The notes beneath the pieces were generated by a model. It searched no databases. It worked only from the letters and a program-made list of their open reading frames with translations, and was not told the origin of the DNA. DNA of 64,000 nucleotides from Candidatus Micrarchaeota archaeon. Its GTDB lineage: Archaea; Micrarchaeota; Micrarchaeia; Norongarragalinales; Norongarragalinaceae. The DNA lies in the NCBI GenBank assembly GCA_016207165.1, contig JACQQD010000011.1:6515-70514 (forward strand), in the 5' to 3' direction. Of the stretch, positions 36,695 to 46,083 are shown piece by piece. The position numbers and the translations under genes were made by a program. The first letter of the stretch is position 1, and every line of letters begins with the position of its first letter.

Positions 36695-37705
36695 GTGATC
36701 ATTGTTTTCGAGCCTAAGGCCACCGAAGCCCAAGTCCAGCACGTGTTCGAGCGGCTCCAGGAATGGGGTTTCACGCCGGTACTGCAGGAAGGCGAACAGA
36801 TTTCCATTGCGATTACCGGCGACTCCTCGGCACTAAGAACCCAAACCCTGGAGGCCTTTGACGGCGTGCAGAAAGCCGTCCGCCTCAAGGAAGCCTACAA
36901 GCTGGTGTCCAAGGAATTCAAGCCCGAAGGCACCGTCATTGAGCTTGGGGACGTGAAAATCGGCGGCAAAAAATTGTTGATGATTGCCGGGCCCTGCAGC
37001 GTGGAAACCGAGGAACAATACGTGTCCACCGCGAGAGCCGTCAAAAAAGCGGGGGCCCAGGTGTTGCGCGCCGGCATCTACAAGCCAAGAACCTCGCCCT
37101 ACGACTTTCAAGGCGTGGGGGAACGGGGTTTTCCGTGGCTGAAAAAAGCCAAGGACGAAACCGGACTGCCGCTTTGCGCCGAAGTCTTGGACGTGGCCTC
37201 CATTGCCAAGACCAAGGACCACGTGGACATGTACCAAGTCGGCGCCCGCAACATGCAGAACTACGACCTGCTTAGAGCATTGGGAAAAGGCGGCAAGCCC
37301 GTGCTGCTTAAGCGAGGCTTGTCCGGCACCATCAAGGAACTCTTGTTGGCCGCGGAATACATCATGTCGTCTGGCAACCACGACGTGATGCTATGCGAGC
37401 GAGGCATTCGCACCTACGAAACGGCTACCCGATTCACGTTGGATATCGGAGCCGTTCCCGTGCTGCACCACGACACGCATTTGCCCGTCATCGTGGACCC
37501 GTCGCACCCGGCAGGGAAACGGTCTTTGGTTGGATCCATGGCGAAAGCCGGCGTGGCCGCGGGAGCGGACGGCTTGATCGTGGAAGTGCACCCCGAACCC
37601 GAGAAAGCCTGGTCCGACGCGGCCCAGCAGTTGACGTTCGACCAATTCGAACAGTTAATGGCGGAATTAAAGCCCGTGGCGCAGGCCGTGGGACGGGAGC
37701 TCTGA
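36695..37705 (+). CDS. 3-deoxy-7-phosphoheptulonate (DAHP) synthase, Thermotoga/KDO8PS-like class with N-terminal regulatory domain
   Basis: 'LLMIAGPCSVE', 'KPRTSPYDFQG', 'GARNMQN' and 'VDPSH' motifs. The N-terminal ~80-aa ferredoxin-like domain is typical of Tm-type DAHPS. GTG start. Confidence 0.8.
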   Translation: MIIVFEPKATEAQVQHVFERLQEWGFTPVLQEGEQISIAITGDSSALRTQTLEAFDGVQKAVRLKEAYKLVSKEFKPEGTVIELGDVKIGGKKLLMIAGPCSVETEEQYVSTARAVKKAGAQVLRAGIYKPRTSPYDFQGVGERGFPWLKKAKDETGLPLCAEVLDVASIAKTKDHVDMYQVGARNMQNYDLLRALGKGGKPVLLKRGLSGTIKELLLAAEYIMSSGNHDVMLCERGIRTYETATRFTLDIGAVPVLHHDTHLPVIVDPSHPAGKRSLVGSMAKAGVAAGADGLIVEVHPEPEKAWSDAAQQLTFDQFEQLMAELKPVAQAVGREL

Positions 37706-37706
37706 C

Positions 37707-38750
37707 ATGCAGACGATGAGCCTGGACTTGGGGAAAAGCCGCGTGCTGGTGGGAAGCGGAGCGTTAACCCAAGTCAAGGCCTTGGCGGAAACGGACGGCA
37801 AAGCGTTCATCGCGCACCAAAAAGCCACCAAAGCGTACGCCGAAACGTTAGCCAAACAAATGGACGGCAAGACGCACCTCGTTCAAATGCCGGACGGCGA
37901 GGCGGCCAAGACACTTGACCAGATTGCCGCCTTGTACCAGGAGGCGCTTGATTTCGGGTTGGAGCGCAGCGACACCGTTTTCGCGGTAGGCGGCGGGTGC
38001 CTGGGGGATGCCGTGGGATTCACGGCCGCCACGTACATGCGGGGCGTTTCGTTGATCCACGTGCCGACGACGTTGTTGGCGCAAGTGGATTCCGCCATCG
38101 GAGGAAAAGTCGGCATCAATTTCGCCGGCACCAAGAACATGGTCGGCGCCTTCCATTTTCCAAAACTCGTGGTCTGCGACATTGACACCCTGGAGAGCTT
38201 GCCGGGCGAACAGGTCAAAAACGGTTTGGCGGAAGTCGTCAAGTACGGCTTGATTTTGGACGAGGACTTGTTTTCCTTCGTGGAAGAAAACAAAGCGGGC
38301 CTGCTGCAGAAAAAACCGGAACGGCTTCAGCACGTGGTGTCGCAAAGCGTGCAAATCAAGGGAAAAGTCGTGGCCGAAGACGAGCGGGAAGCCGGAGAAA
38401 GAATGAAACTCAATTACGGCCACACCTTGGGGCACGGAATCGAGGCGGTGACGGCAATGCAGCACGGCAAAGCCATTTCCATCGGCATGCATGCCGCCGG
38501 CATCTTGGCCGTCAAGCGCGGCCTCTTGAAGCCGAAGGACTTGGATCGGCAAAACCAGCTGCTTATTGACGTGGGATTGCCCTTGACGGCCAGGTTTGAC
38601 GTAAGCGCCGTCATGGAAAAAGTCTCCCACGACAAGAAGAAAACTCAAGGCAAACTGCGCATGGTTTTGCTGGACGCCATTGGCTCGTGTGCGGTGCATG
38701 ACGTGAGCGACGACGAGGCCCGAAAAGCCTTGGAAGAGGTATTGAAATGA
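37707..38750 (+). CDS. aroB: 3-dehydroquinate synthase
   Basis: 'GGGCLGD' and metal-binding His motifs. 347 aa. Confidence 0.8.
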   Translation: MQTMSLDLGKSRVLVGSGALTQVKALAETDGKAFIAHQKATKAYAETLAKQMDGKTHLVQMPDGEAAKTLDQIAALYQEALDFGLERSDTVFAVGGGCLGDAVGFTAATYMRGVSLIHVPTTLLAQVDSAIGGKVGINFAGTKNMVGAFHFPKLVVCDIDTLESLPGEQVKNGLAEVVKYGLILDEDLFSFVEENKAGLLQKKPERLQHVVSQSVQIKGKVVAEDEREAGERMKLNYGHTLGHGIEAVTAMQHGKAISIGMHAAGILAVKRGLLKPKDLDRQNQLLIDVGLPLTARFDVSAVMEKVSHDKKKTQGKLRMVLLDAIGSCAVHDVSDDEARKALEEVLK

Positions 38751-39424
38751 TTCTGGTTCCCATCGTGGCAAGAACGGTGACGGAAGCCAAGCGCCAGCTT
38801 GCATCCGCGAAGAAAGCGGGAGCCGACGGCGTGGAAATACGGCTGGATGCGTTTGAACACGTCACCTCCGACGACGTACTGGAAATGGTAAAAAATAGTC
38901 GGCTGCCGGTGCTGGCCACTTGCCGCACCAAGAACGAAGGCGGATTCACGAGAAAGACCAGCGATGAACGAAAAAAACTGTTGTTGGCGGCCATCCAGGC
39001 CAAAGCGGCTATGGTGGACGTGGAATTGTCCAGCCCGCCGGCGTTTCGAAACGCCGTCAAGGCGGCATGCCGCAAAAACAAATGCAGGCTCGTCGTCTCC
39101 AAGCACGATTTTGACCGGACGCCGGAGCCCAAAACCTTGAATCAATGGGTCAAGGAGGCGTTGAAAGCCGGAGACATCGCGAAAATCGTGTGCTTGGCCC
39201 ACCACACCGTCGACCTGCTACGCCTGTTGGACCTCGTCAAGCACGGAAACGGCAACGTGGTGGCCTTTGCGATGGGGGAACAAAACAAGCAGAGCCGCGT
39301 GCTAAGCCTCTTGTACGGCGCGCCGTTTGGCTTTGCCGCCTTGCACCGCGAAAGCGCGCCCGGACAGATTCCACTGAAGCAGATGCGGTTGGCGTTGGAG
39401 GCCACCAAAGAGTGGGTCGCATGA
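38747..39424 (+). CDS. aroD: 3-dehydroquinate dehydratase type I
   Basis: 'VEIRLD' and TIM-barrel type I DHQase motifs. Overlaps both neighbours. Confidence 0.7.
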   Translation: MILVPIVARTVTEAKRQLASAKKAGADGVEIRLDAFEHVTSDDVLEMVKNSRLPVLATCRTKNEGGFTRKTSDERKKLLLAAIQAKAAMVDVELSSPPAFRNAVKAACRKNKCRLVVSKHDFDRTPEPKTLNQWVKEALKAGDIAKIVCLAHHTVDLLRLLDLVKHGNGNVVAFAMGEQNKQSRVLSLLYGAPFGFAALHRESAPGQIPLKQMRLALEATKEWVA

Positions 39425-40245
39425 TTACCGCGAAAACCAAGTTGCTGGCCATCATCGGAGACCCCGTCCAGCACTCGCTTTCTCCAGTTATGCGCAACGC
39501 GTCGTTTGAGGCGTTGGGTTTGGATTACGTCTACGTCGCCCTGAACGTCAAGAAAGAAGAGTTGGAAACGGCTGTGGCCGGCATGCAGGTTCTCGGGTTT
39601 CGGGGTTTCAACGCCACCATGCCGCACAAAAAAGCGCTCTGCGGCTTGGTGGATGAAATGGATGAGTTCGCCAAATTCTGCGACGCCGTCAATACCGTGG
39701 ACATCAACGAGACGCTTTACGGCTACAACACAGACGGACCCGGAGCCCTGGAGGCGCTCAAGCAAGCGCAAGCCGATATTTCCAAGTCCGTGGTGATTGG
39801 CGCCGGTGGGGCTGGACGAGCAATTGCCTACGCGTTGGCCAAAGGGGGATCGGAAGTAACGATTTTGAATCGCGACGAACGCAAGGCGGACGCCGTGGCT
39901 GAAAAAATCCGGAAGGCGGGACTCAAGGCGAAAAGCGGCGGGCTCAACGAATTGGAAGCCCAACTGAAAACCGCGTCGACGCTGTGCCACGCCACGCCGG
40001 TGGGCATGCACGGCCATGAAAGCGTGATTCCGGCGAAACGGCTCCACCCGGAACTGACGGTCATGGATGCCGTGTACAAGACCACGGAGACGAAACTCAT
40101 TGCCGACGCAAAAAAAGCGGGGTGCCAGATTGTTCCGGGATGGAAGATGCTCTTGCACCAAGGCCAGTTGAGCTTTGAACGCTGGACCGGAAAAAAAGCG
40201 CCCATGGACGTCATGGAGCAAGCCCTCAAAGAGGCCATGAAATGA
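39421..40245 (+). CDS. aroE: shikimate dehydrogenase
   Basis: 'IGDPVQHSLSP' N-terminal motif and 'GAGGAGRA' Rossmann. Start trimmed from the long ORF to 'MITAK'. Confidence 0.8.
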   Translation: MITAKTKLLAIIGDPVQHSLSPVMRNASFEALGLDYVYVALNVKKEELETAVAGMQVLGFRGFNATMPHKKALCGLVDEMDEFAKFCDAVNTVDINETLYGYNTDGPGALEALKQAQADISKSVVIGAGGAGRAIAYALAKGGSEVTILNRDERKADAVAEKIRKAGLKAKSGGLNELEAQLKTASTLCHATPVGMHGHESVIPAKRLHPELTVMDAVYKTTETKLIADAKKAGCQIVPGWKMLLHQGQLSFERWTGKKAPMDVMEQALKEAMK

Positions 40246-40742
40246 ACGTCGTGCTCATCGGATTCATGGGCTCCGGCAAAACCAGCGTAGGGAAAGCCCT
40301 GGCCAGAAAAAAGGAAATGGATTTCCTGGACATGGACGAAGAAATCGAAAAACAGGAAGGCCGGAAAATTTCGGACATCGTAAACGAAAACGGAATGGAT
40401 TTCTTTCGCGACAAGGAATCCGTGTTGCTTGAAGAAATCAGCCGGAAAAACCCGGAAAACACGGTGGTGGCCACCGGCGGCGGCGTCATCTTGTCCCAAG
40501 AAAATCGCGCGATTCTCAAAAAACTTGGACGCGTGGTTTGGTTGGACGTCAGCCCCCTCCACGCGCATGAAAGGACAAGAAACGACGACAACCGGCCTTT
40601 GCTGAACCATCCCAACCGCCGGGCCGTCATCGAGGAACTCCTCCGAAAAAGAAAGCCGTTTTACCAGGAAGCCGAACTGCACATCCAAGTCGACGGAAAG
40701 ACGCCGGAACAAGTCGCAAAAGAAATCGAGGGAAAACTGTGA
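40242..40742 (+). CDS. aroK: shikimate kinase
   Basis: Walker A 'GFMGSGKT'. 166 aa. Confidence 0.8.
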   Translation: MNVVLIGFMGSGKTSVGKALARKKEMDFLDMDEEIEKQEGRKISDIVNENGMDFFRDKESVLLEEISRKNPENTVVATGGGVILSQENRAILKKLGRVVWLDVSPLHAHERTRNDDNRPLLNHPNRRAVIEELLRKRKPFYQEAELHIQVDGKTPEQVAKEIEGKL

Positions 40743-41971
40743 AAATCATTCCCGGAAGCCTGGAAGGCGCCGTGCACGCGCCGGCATCCAAAAGCCACAC
40801 CCACCGCGCCTTGATCTGCGCGGCGCTGGCCAAAGGATCGTCGCAAATCAAGGGAGCCTTGGTCTCCGATGACACGCTTGCCACGGCGCGCGGTCTAAGC
40901 GTTTTGGGCGCGAAATTGGACAAGGACCACGTGGATGGAACGTACACCTTGGAAAAAGGCGGGACACTGCAATGCCAGGAATCCGGGTCCACCCTGCGCT
41001 TTTTGCTACCCGTCGCGTGCCTCTCCAAACAATCCTGCACGCTGGTGGGGACCGGCCAGTTGCCGCACCGACCCGTCAAACCGTTGGCCAACGCGCTCAA
41101 TGCGTTGGGTGCGGACGTGCAAACCCAGAACGGCGGACTGCCTGCACTCACGCAACCCGGATTGAAAGGCGGCCGCTGCACCCTTCCAGGACACCTCAGT
41201 TCGCAGTTTGTCTCCGGGTTATTGTTCGCCCTGCCGCTGTGCAAAAATGATTCCACCCTCAACATCACAGGCCCACTTCAGTCAAAGCCGTACGCGGACT
41301 TGACGAAGCAAACCATCCAAGCCTTCGGCGTTGACGTGAAGGAAGAAGACGGAAAATACCACGTGCCCGGCAACCAACAATACCAGCCCCAGAAAATCCA
41401 AGTCGAAGGCGACTGGTCGTCCGCCGCGTTCTGGATGGTGGCCGGAGCCGTTGGAGGCGACGTCCACGTCACGGGCCTTGAAAGCAAGTCGCTTCAAGGC
41501 GACAAGGCGGTTGCGGCGATACTGGAAAAAATGGGCGCCGACGTGCAAGAAACCGCCAACGGCGTGCGCGTCACGCAAAGCCCGCTTCAAGGCGTGGAAG
41601 TTGACGTATCCAACATCCCGGATTTGTTGCCCATCCTCAGCGTGGCGGCGTGCTTTGCGCAAGGAACCACCCGGTTTTACAACGCGGAGCGGCTGCGCTT
41701 AAAAGAAAGCGACCGATTGGGCGGAATGGCCGAAGAGCTTTCCGCCATGGGCGTTACCCTCCAGGAAAAACAAGACGAACTGGTCATCCGAGGCGGCAAA
41801 GCGTTGAAGGGAACAACCCTAAAAAGTCACGGCGACCACCGCATTGCCATGAGCCTGGTCATCGCCGCACTCCACGCGAAAGGGGAAAGCGAGTTGGACG
41901 ACGCGGACTGCGTCGCCAAGTCCTACCCCGGATTTTTCAGTGATTTAAGCAAGTTGAGGAGAACGACGTGA
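40739..41971 (+). CDS. aroA: 3-phosphoshikimate 1-carboxyvinyltransferase (EPSP synthase)
   Basis: 'PGSKS.THRAL' N-terminal motif. 410 aa. Confidence 0.85.
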   Translation: MKIIPGSLEGAVHAPASKSHTHRALICAALAKGSSQIKGALVSDDTLATARGLSVLGAKLDKDHVDGTYTLEKGGTLQCQESGSTLRFLLPVACLSKQSCTLVGTGQLPHRPVKPLANALNALGADVQTQNGGLPALTQPGLKGGRCTLPGHLSSQFVSGLLFALPLCKNDSTLNITGPLQSKPYADLTKQTIQAFGVDVKEEDGKYHVPGNQQYQPQKIQVEGDWSSAAFWMVAGAVGGDVHVTGLESKSLQGDKAVAAILEKMGADVQETANGVRVTQSPLQGVEVDVSNIPDLLPILSVAACFAQGTTRFYNAERLRLKESDRLGGMAEELSAMGVTLQEKQDELVIRGGKALKGTTLKSHGDHRIAMSLVIAALHAKGESELDDADCVAKSYPGFFSDLSKLRRTT

Positions 41972-43056
41972 ACCAGCATTACGGCAAAACATTTGAAGTG
42001 CAACTCGCCGGCGAATCCCATGGCCTTGGCGTGGGATGCATCATCCAGGGATGCCCAGCGGGACTGCCGCTGACGGAAGGCGACATCCAAAACGAGTTGG
42101 ACAAGCGAAAACCAGGACAGACGTTAACCACGCCCCGAAAAGAAGAAGACAAAGTGCAAATCAAGTCGGGCGTGTTTGAAGGAAAAACCACGGGCGCCCC
42201 GATTCTTTTGTGGATCGACAACCACGACGTGCAATCCCAATCCTACGGGAAACTCAACGAAGTCCCCCGACCAGGGCACGCCGACGTGACGGCCGCCGAA
42301 AAATACGGGGGATTCAACGACTACCGGGGCAGCGGCGCGTTTTCCGCGCGGCTGACCGCCGCCTTGGTGGCCGCGGGCGCCATTGCCAAAAAACTCCTGA
42401 AACGCCAAGGCATCGAGATTTTGGGCCACGTCCAGCAATTGCACGACGTGAAAGTCACCGACGCCACCGACGAGGCTATCCGGAAAAACGCGTATTCCAA
42501 CCCGGTGCGGTGCGCGGACCCCAAAGCCGCCAAAGCCATGCAACGGCGCTTGGACGAAGCGCTTTTGGACGGGGACTCGCTGGGGGCCGTAATCGAGTGC
42601 CGAGTCCTGAACGTTCCAAGCGGAGTGGGGGAGCCGAGGGCCCAATCCGTGGAAAGCGTGATTGGATCCAACTGTTTGGCGCTTCCAGCAGTCAAGGGCG
42701 TGGAATTCGGGGAAGGCTTTGCCGCCGCAACCATGAAAGGCAGCCAACACAACGACGCCTACCTGGAACAAGACGGCGGCATCGTCACGAAGACCAACCA
42801 CGCCGGCGGCACCCTCGGCGGCATCACCACCGGCATGCCGATCGTGTTCCGCGTCGCGTTCAAGCCCACGTCCAGCATCGCCAAAACCCAGACCACCCTG
42901 AACGTCGCCACCAAAAAACAAGAAAAACTCAACGTCGGCGGACGACACGACCCCTGCGTCGCGCTTCGAGCGGTTCCCATCGTTCAAGCCATGGCGGCAT
43001 TAAGCATCGTGGACTTAATGCTCCAAGCGCAAAAAATCCCGCGGGTGCTGAAATGA
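41968..43056 (+). CDS. aroC: chorismate synthase
   Basis: 'GESHG' N-terminal motif and 'RHDPCV' motifs. 362 aa. Confidence 0.85.
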   Translation: MNQHYGKTFEVQLAGESHGLGVGCIIQGCPAGLPLTEGDIQNELDKRKPGQTLTTPRKEEDKVQIKSGVFEGKTTGAPILLWIDNHDVQSQSYGKLNEVPRPGHADVTAAEKYGGFNDYRGSGAFSARLTAALVAAGAIAKKLLKRQGIEILGHVQQLHDVKVTDATDEAIRKNAYSNPVRCADPKAAKAMQRRLDEALLDGDSLGAVIECRVLNVPSGVGEPRAQSVESVIGSNCLALPAVKGVEFGEGFAAATMKGSQHNDAYLEQDGGIVTKTNHAGGTLGGITTGMPIVFRVAFKPTSSIAKTQTTLNVATKKQEKLNVGGRHDPCVALRAVPIVQAMAALSIVDLMLQAQKIPRVLK

Positions 43057-44153
43057 CGCTGGAAAAAAGCCGCGGACGCATCGACGAAATCGACGAACAG
43101 ATCACGAAACTCTTGGCCGAACGCGTGAACGTCGCCAAACGCACCCGCAAGGAAAAACAAGTCCAAGGCCAAGGGGTGACGGACGCCTCCCGCGAGAAGA
43201 ACGTCTTGGAGCACGTCGAACGCGTGGCCAAAGAACATGGACTGGACCCCAACTTGGCGCTGCGCGTCTTTGAGGAAATCATGGCCGCGTCCAAGGCCCA
43301 GCAATACATGGACCACGACGCGCCCACCACGGAACGCCTTGACATTCAAACCGTGGCCTTCCAAGGCGAACGCGGCGCGTACAGCGAAGAGGCGCTTCGG
43401 CAAATCCTTCCAAACGCCGACCCCGTGCCTCGGCCGGAACTTGGCGACGTGTTTGACGAAGTGCAAAAAGGAAAAGCGGATGCCGGACTGGTGCCTATTG
43501 AGAACAGTACGGAAGGCAGCATCAACTACACGTACGATCTTTTGTTGGACTCCCAATTGGGCATCGCCGGCGAGACGTTCTTGCGCGTGCGTCATTGCTT
43601 GCTGGCCAAATCAGGCACGAAAACGCGGGAGGGACTCCACGTGTACTCGCATCCCCAGGCGTTGGCCCAATGCCGGGATTTTTTGATTGGCAAAAAACTG
43701 CAGCCCGTGCAATACTACGACACCGCCGGCGCCGCCAAAGCCATTGCCGAAGGCAAAATCCAAGGGGCCGCCATTGCCTCCAAGACGGCGGCCGAACACT
43801 ACGGGTTGGACGTGTTGGCGGAAGGCATTGAAGACAACCGCAACAACTACACGCGATTTATACTGATTTCCAAGAACACGCCGACGCCCACCGACTCGGA
43901 CAAAACCTCCATCGTTTTTAGCACGCACCACCGGCCCGGCGCCTTGTTTGAAGTCATGAAAGTCTTTGCCAAAGCCGACATCAACCTGACCAAACTGGAG
44001 TCGCGGCCCACCAAGCAAAAACCCTGGGAGTACTTCTTCTATATGGATTTCGAGGGCACGGCATCCAAAGCCCCGTACCAGCAAGCCCTGGAAAACATCA
44101 AGCCCCACACGCTGTTCCTGAAGGTGCTGGGCAGCTATCCCCGGTCGCGGTGA
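43053..44153 (+). CDS. pheA: bifunctional chorismate mutase / prephenate dehydratase
   Basis: AroQ-type CM helix ('RIDEIDEQITKLLAER'), then a PDT domain ('VAFQGERGAYSEEA', 'ENSTEGS') and C-terminal ACT. Start at an ATG overlapping the aroC stop; the 647-aa alternative-frame ORF 42210..44153 was rejected. Confidence 0.8.
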   Translation: MTLEKSRGRIDEIDEQITKLLAERVNVAKRTRKEKQVQGQGVTDASREKNVLEHVERVAKEHGLDPNLALRVFEEIMAASKAQQYMDHDAPTTERLDIQTVAFQGERGAYSEEALRQILPNADPVPRPELGDVFDEVQKGKADAGLVPIENSTEGSINYTYDLLLDSQLGIAGETFLRVRHCLLAKSGTKTREGLHVYSHPQALAQCRDFLIGKKLQPVQYYDTAGAAKAIAEGKIQGAAIASKTAAEHYGLDVLAEGIEDNRNNYTRFILISKNTPTPTDSDKTSIVFSTHHRPGALFEVMKVFAKADINLTKLESRPTKQKPWEYFFYMDFEGTASKAPYQQALENIKPHTLFLKVLGSYPRSR

Positions 44154-44197
44154 AATCCAAAACCTTGAAAAGCCCCAAAGCGCCCTAAAAACAAGGA

Positions 44198-45298
44198 TTG
44201 CAAAACCGGTGGGAAAAAGTCATGGCCTTGACGCTGTACCAATTGTCGGAAAAAATCTTCGAACTTGAAAAACAGGGAAAAAAGATTCTGCGTTTGAACA
44301 TTGGCGACCCGGGCCTAGTCACCCCCGACGCACTACGCAACGCCGCCAAAAAGTCGTTGGACGCCGGAGAAACACGGTACGCGTCGGCCCAAGGCGAAAA
44401 GCCGTTGTTGGACAAAATCGCTTCGACGCACGGCGCGGAGGCGCAAAACGTTTCCGTCACCCCAGGAAGCAAGTGGGCGTGCTACGCCGTCCTCCAATTG
44501 ATGCTGAAACCCGGGGACAACATCGTCACCCCGGCGCCGTTTTGGTCGGCGTACGAATTAATGGCCAAAAGCTTCGGAGCCGAATGCCGACTGGTTAAAA
44601 CGGAAATGGAGGACCACTTCCAATTCGACCCTCAAGCCTTGTTCGAATTGGTGGACGCCAAGACGAAAGTCATCGTGCTGAACGACCCGTCCAACCCCAC
44701 GTCCACGGAATACGGCGCTGAAAGCGTGAAAGCCGTGCTGGAATACGCGCAAGACCAAAAAATCTTGGTGTTGCTGGACGAAGCATACCGCGACTTGTCG
44801 TTCAAGAAAAATGAGTTGATGACGTACCAGGAGGGATTGGCGATCACCACCACGTTTTCCAAAGCGTACTGCATGAGCGGCTGGCGCGCCGGCTACCTGG
44901 TCGCCGACGCCGACGTCATCAAAAAAGTCGTTTCCCTTAACCAAATCACGTTCACCAACGTGCCTCGCTTCACCCAAGCCGCCATGCTGGAGGGGCTGAC
45001 CCGCAGAGAGGAAGTCACGGGAGCCACGCGCAACGAATGCAAAAAGCGCTTGGCGGCTTGCGAACAAGTCTTTAAAGGAATTCAATACGCGAGGCCGGAC
45101 GCAGGATTCTACTTCTTCCCCAAAGTCTCCGACGGCGACTCGATCACGGAAAAAATCTTGGAACAAGGCATTGCCGTCACGCCGGGCTCCGTCTTCGGCG
45201 GGTACAAGCAATTCATCCGGTTGTCGCTCTCGCACCCCCTGGAAAAGCTCACGCCCGCCTTGCAGACGATCCGCCGCGTGATTGACGAGAACGCGTGA
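44198..45298 (+). CDS. class I PLP-dependent aminotransferase (aromatic/aspartate aminotransferase-like)
   Basis: Fold-type I aminotransferase motifs ('SKAYCMSGWRAGY'). Alternative start at 'MALTLY' (44222). Confidence 0.7.
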   Translation: MQNRWEKVMALTLYQLSEKIFELEKQGKKILRLNIGDPGLVTPDALRNAAKKSLDAGETRYASAQGEKPLLDKIASTHGAEAQNVSVTPGSKWACYAVLQLMLKPGDNIVTPAPFWSAYELMAKSFGAECRLVKTEMEDHFQFDPQALFELVDAKTKVIVLNDPSNPTSTEYGAESVKAVLEYAQDQKILVLLDEAYRDLSFKKNELMTYQEGLAITTTFSKAYCMSGWRAGYLVADADVIKKVVSLNQITFTNVPRFTQAAMLEGLTRREEVTGATRNECKKRLAACEQVFKGIQYARPDAGFYFFPKVSDGDSITEKILEQGIAVTPGSVFGGYKQFIRLSLSHPLEKLTPALQTIRRVIDENA

Positions 45299-45329
45299 CG
45301 GTTCCCATGAAGAAGAAGAAGGGAAAACA

Positions 45330-46058
45330 ATGAAAGCACTTGGCCTCGTTGGATTTGGCCAATTCGGAAAATTCGCCGCCCGACACCTCAAGGACCACTT
45401 CGACGTCACGGTGTCTGACGAGAAAGACGTCTCGGAATCCGCAAGAAAAATGGGTTTGAAGGCCGGCCCCCTCAAGCAAGCCGCGCAAAGCGACGTCGTG
45501 GTCCTGGCGGTTCCCGTGTCCAAACTGCGTTCCGTATTGAAAGCCATAGCGCCCCACCTCAAAAAAGGCGCGTGGGTGGCCGACGTAGGCTCAGTGAAGA
45601 TCGAGCCCGTGGAATGGATGGAAAAAATCCTTCCGAAAACCGTGAACGTCATCGGCACGCACCCCATTTTCGGGCCTCAAAGCGGGAGAAACGGCATTCA
45701 AGGCTTACCCATCATCGTATGCCCCGTGCGCGGGGATTCCGCCAAAGTGACAGCCTTTCTGGAAGGTACACTCAAACTCCACGTCGTCCAATCCACCCCC
45801 GAAAAACACGACGAAGACATGGCCTACAGCCAAGCGTTGGCCCATTTCGTGGGCCAGGCGCTCAAAGAAATGGATTTGCCGGACGTCAAGGAAAAAGCCG
45901 CCACGTATGAGGCCCTCTTGGCCATCCGGGACCTCGTGAAATACGACTCCCCGGAGTTGTTTGAAACCATTCAAAAAGAAAACCCGCACGCCGAAACGGT
46001 CCGCCAACGCTTCATGGACCAACTTGAAGAAATCCACAAGCGGTTGCGTAAAGCTTAA
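45330..46058 (+). CDS. tyrA: prephenate dehydrogenase
   Basis: Rossmann 'GLVGFGQFG' then a PDH helical domain. Start trimmed to 'MKALGL'. Confidence 0.7.
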   Translation: MKALGLVGFGQFGKFAARHLKDHFDVTVSDEKDVSESARKMGLKAGPLKQAAQSDVVVLAVPVSKLRSVLKAIAPHLKKGAWVADVGSVKIEPVEWMEKILPKTVNVIGTHPIFGPQSGRNGIQGLPIIVCPVRGDSAKVTAFLEGTLKLHVVQSTPEKHDEDMAYSQALAHFVGQALKEMDLPDVKEKAATYEALLAIRDLVKYDSPELFETIQKENPHAETVRQRFMDQLEEIHKRLRKA

Positions 46059-46083
46059 ACAACGCCTCCAACGTAACGAATCC

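Noticed and set aside
42210-44153. 647-aa + strand ORF spanning aroC and pheA in another frame
   Set aside because: Arg/Pro/Gly-rich low-complexity translation typical of an off-frame read through high-GC coding DNA. The true genes aroC (41968..43056) and pheA (43053..44153) have clear family motifs.
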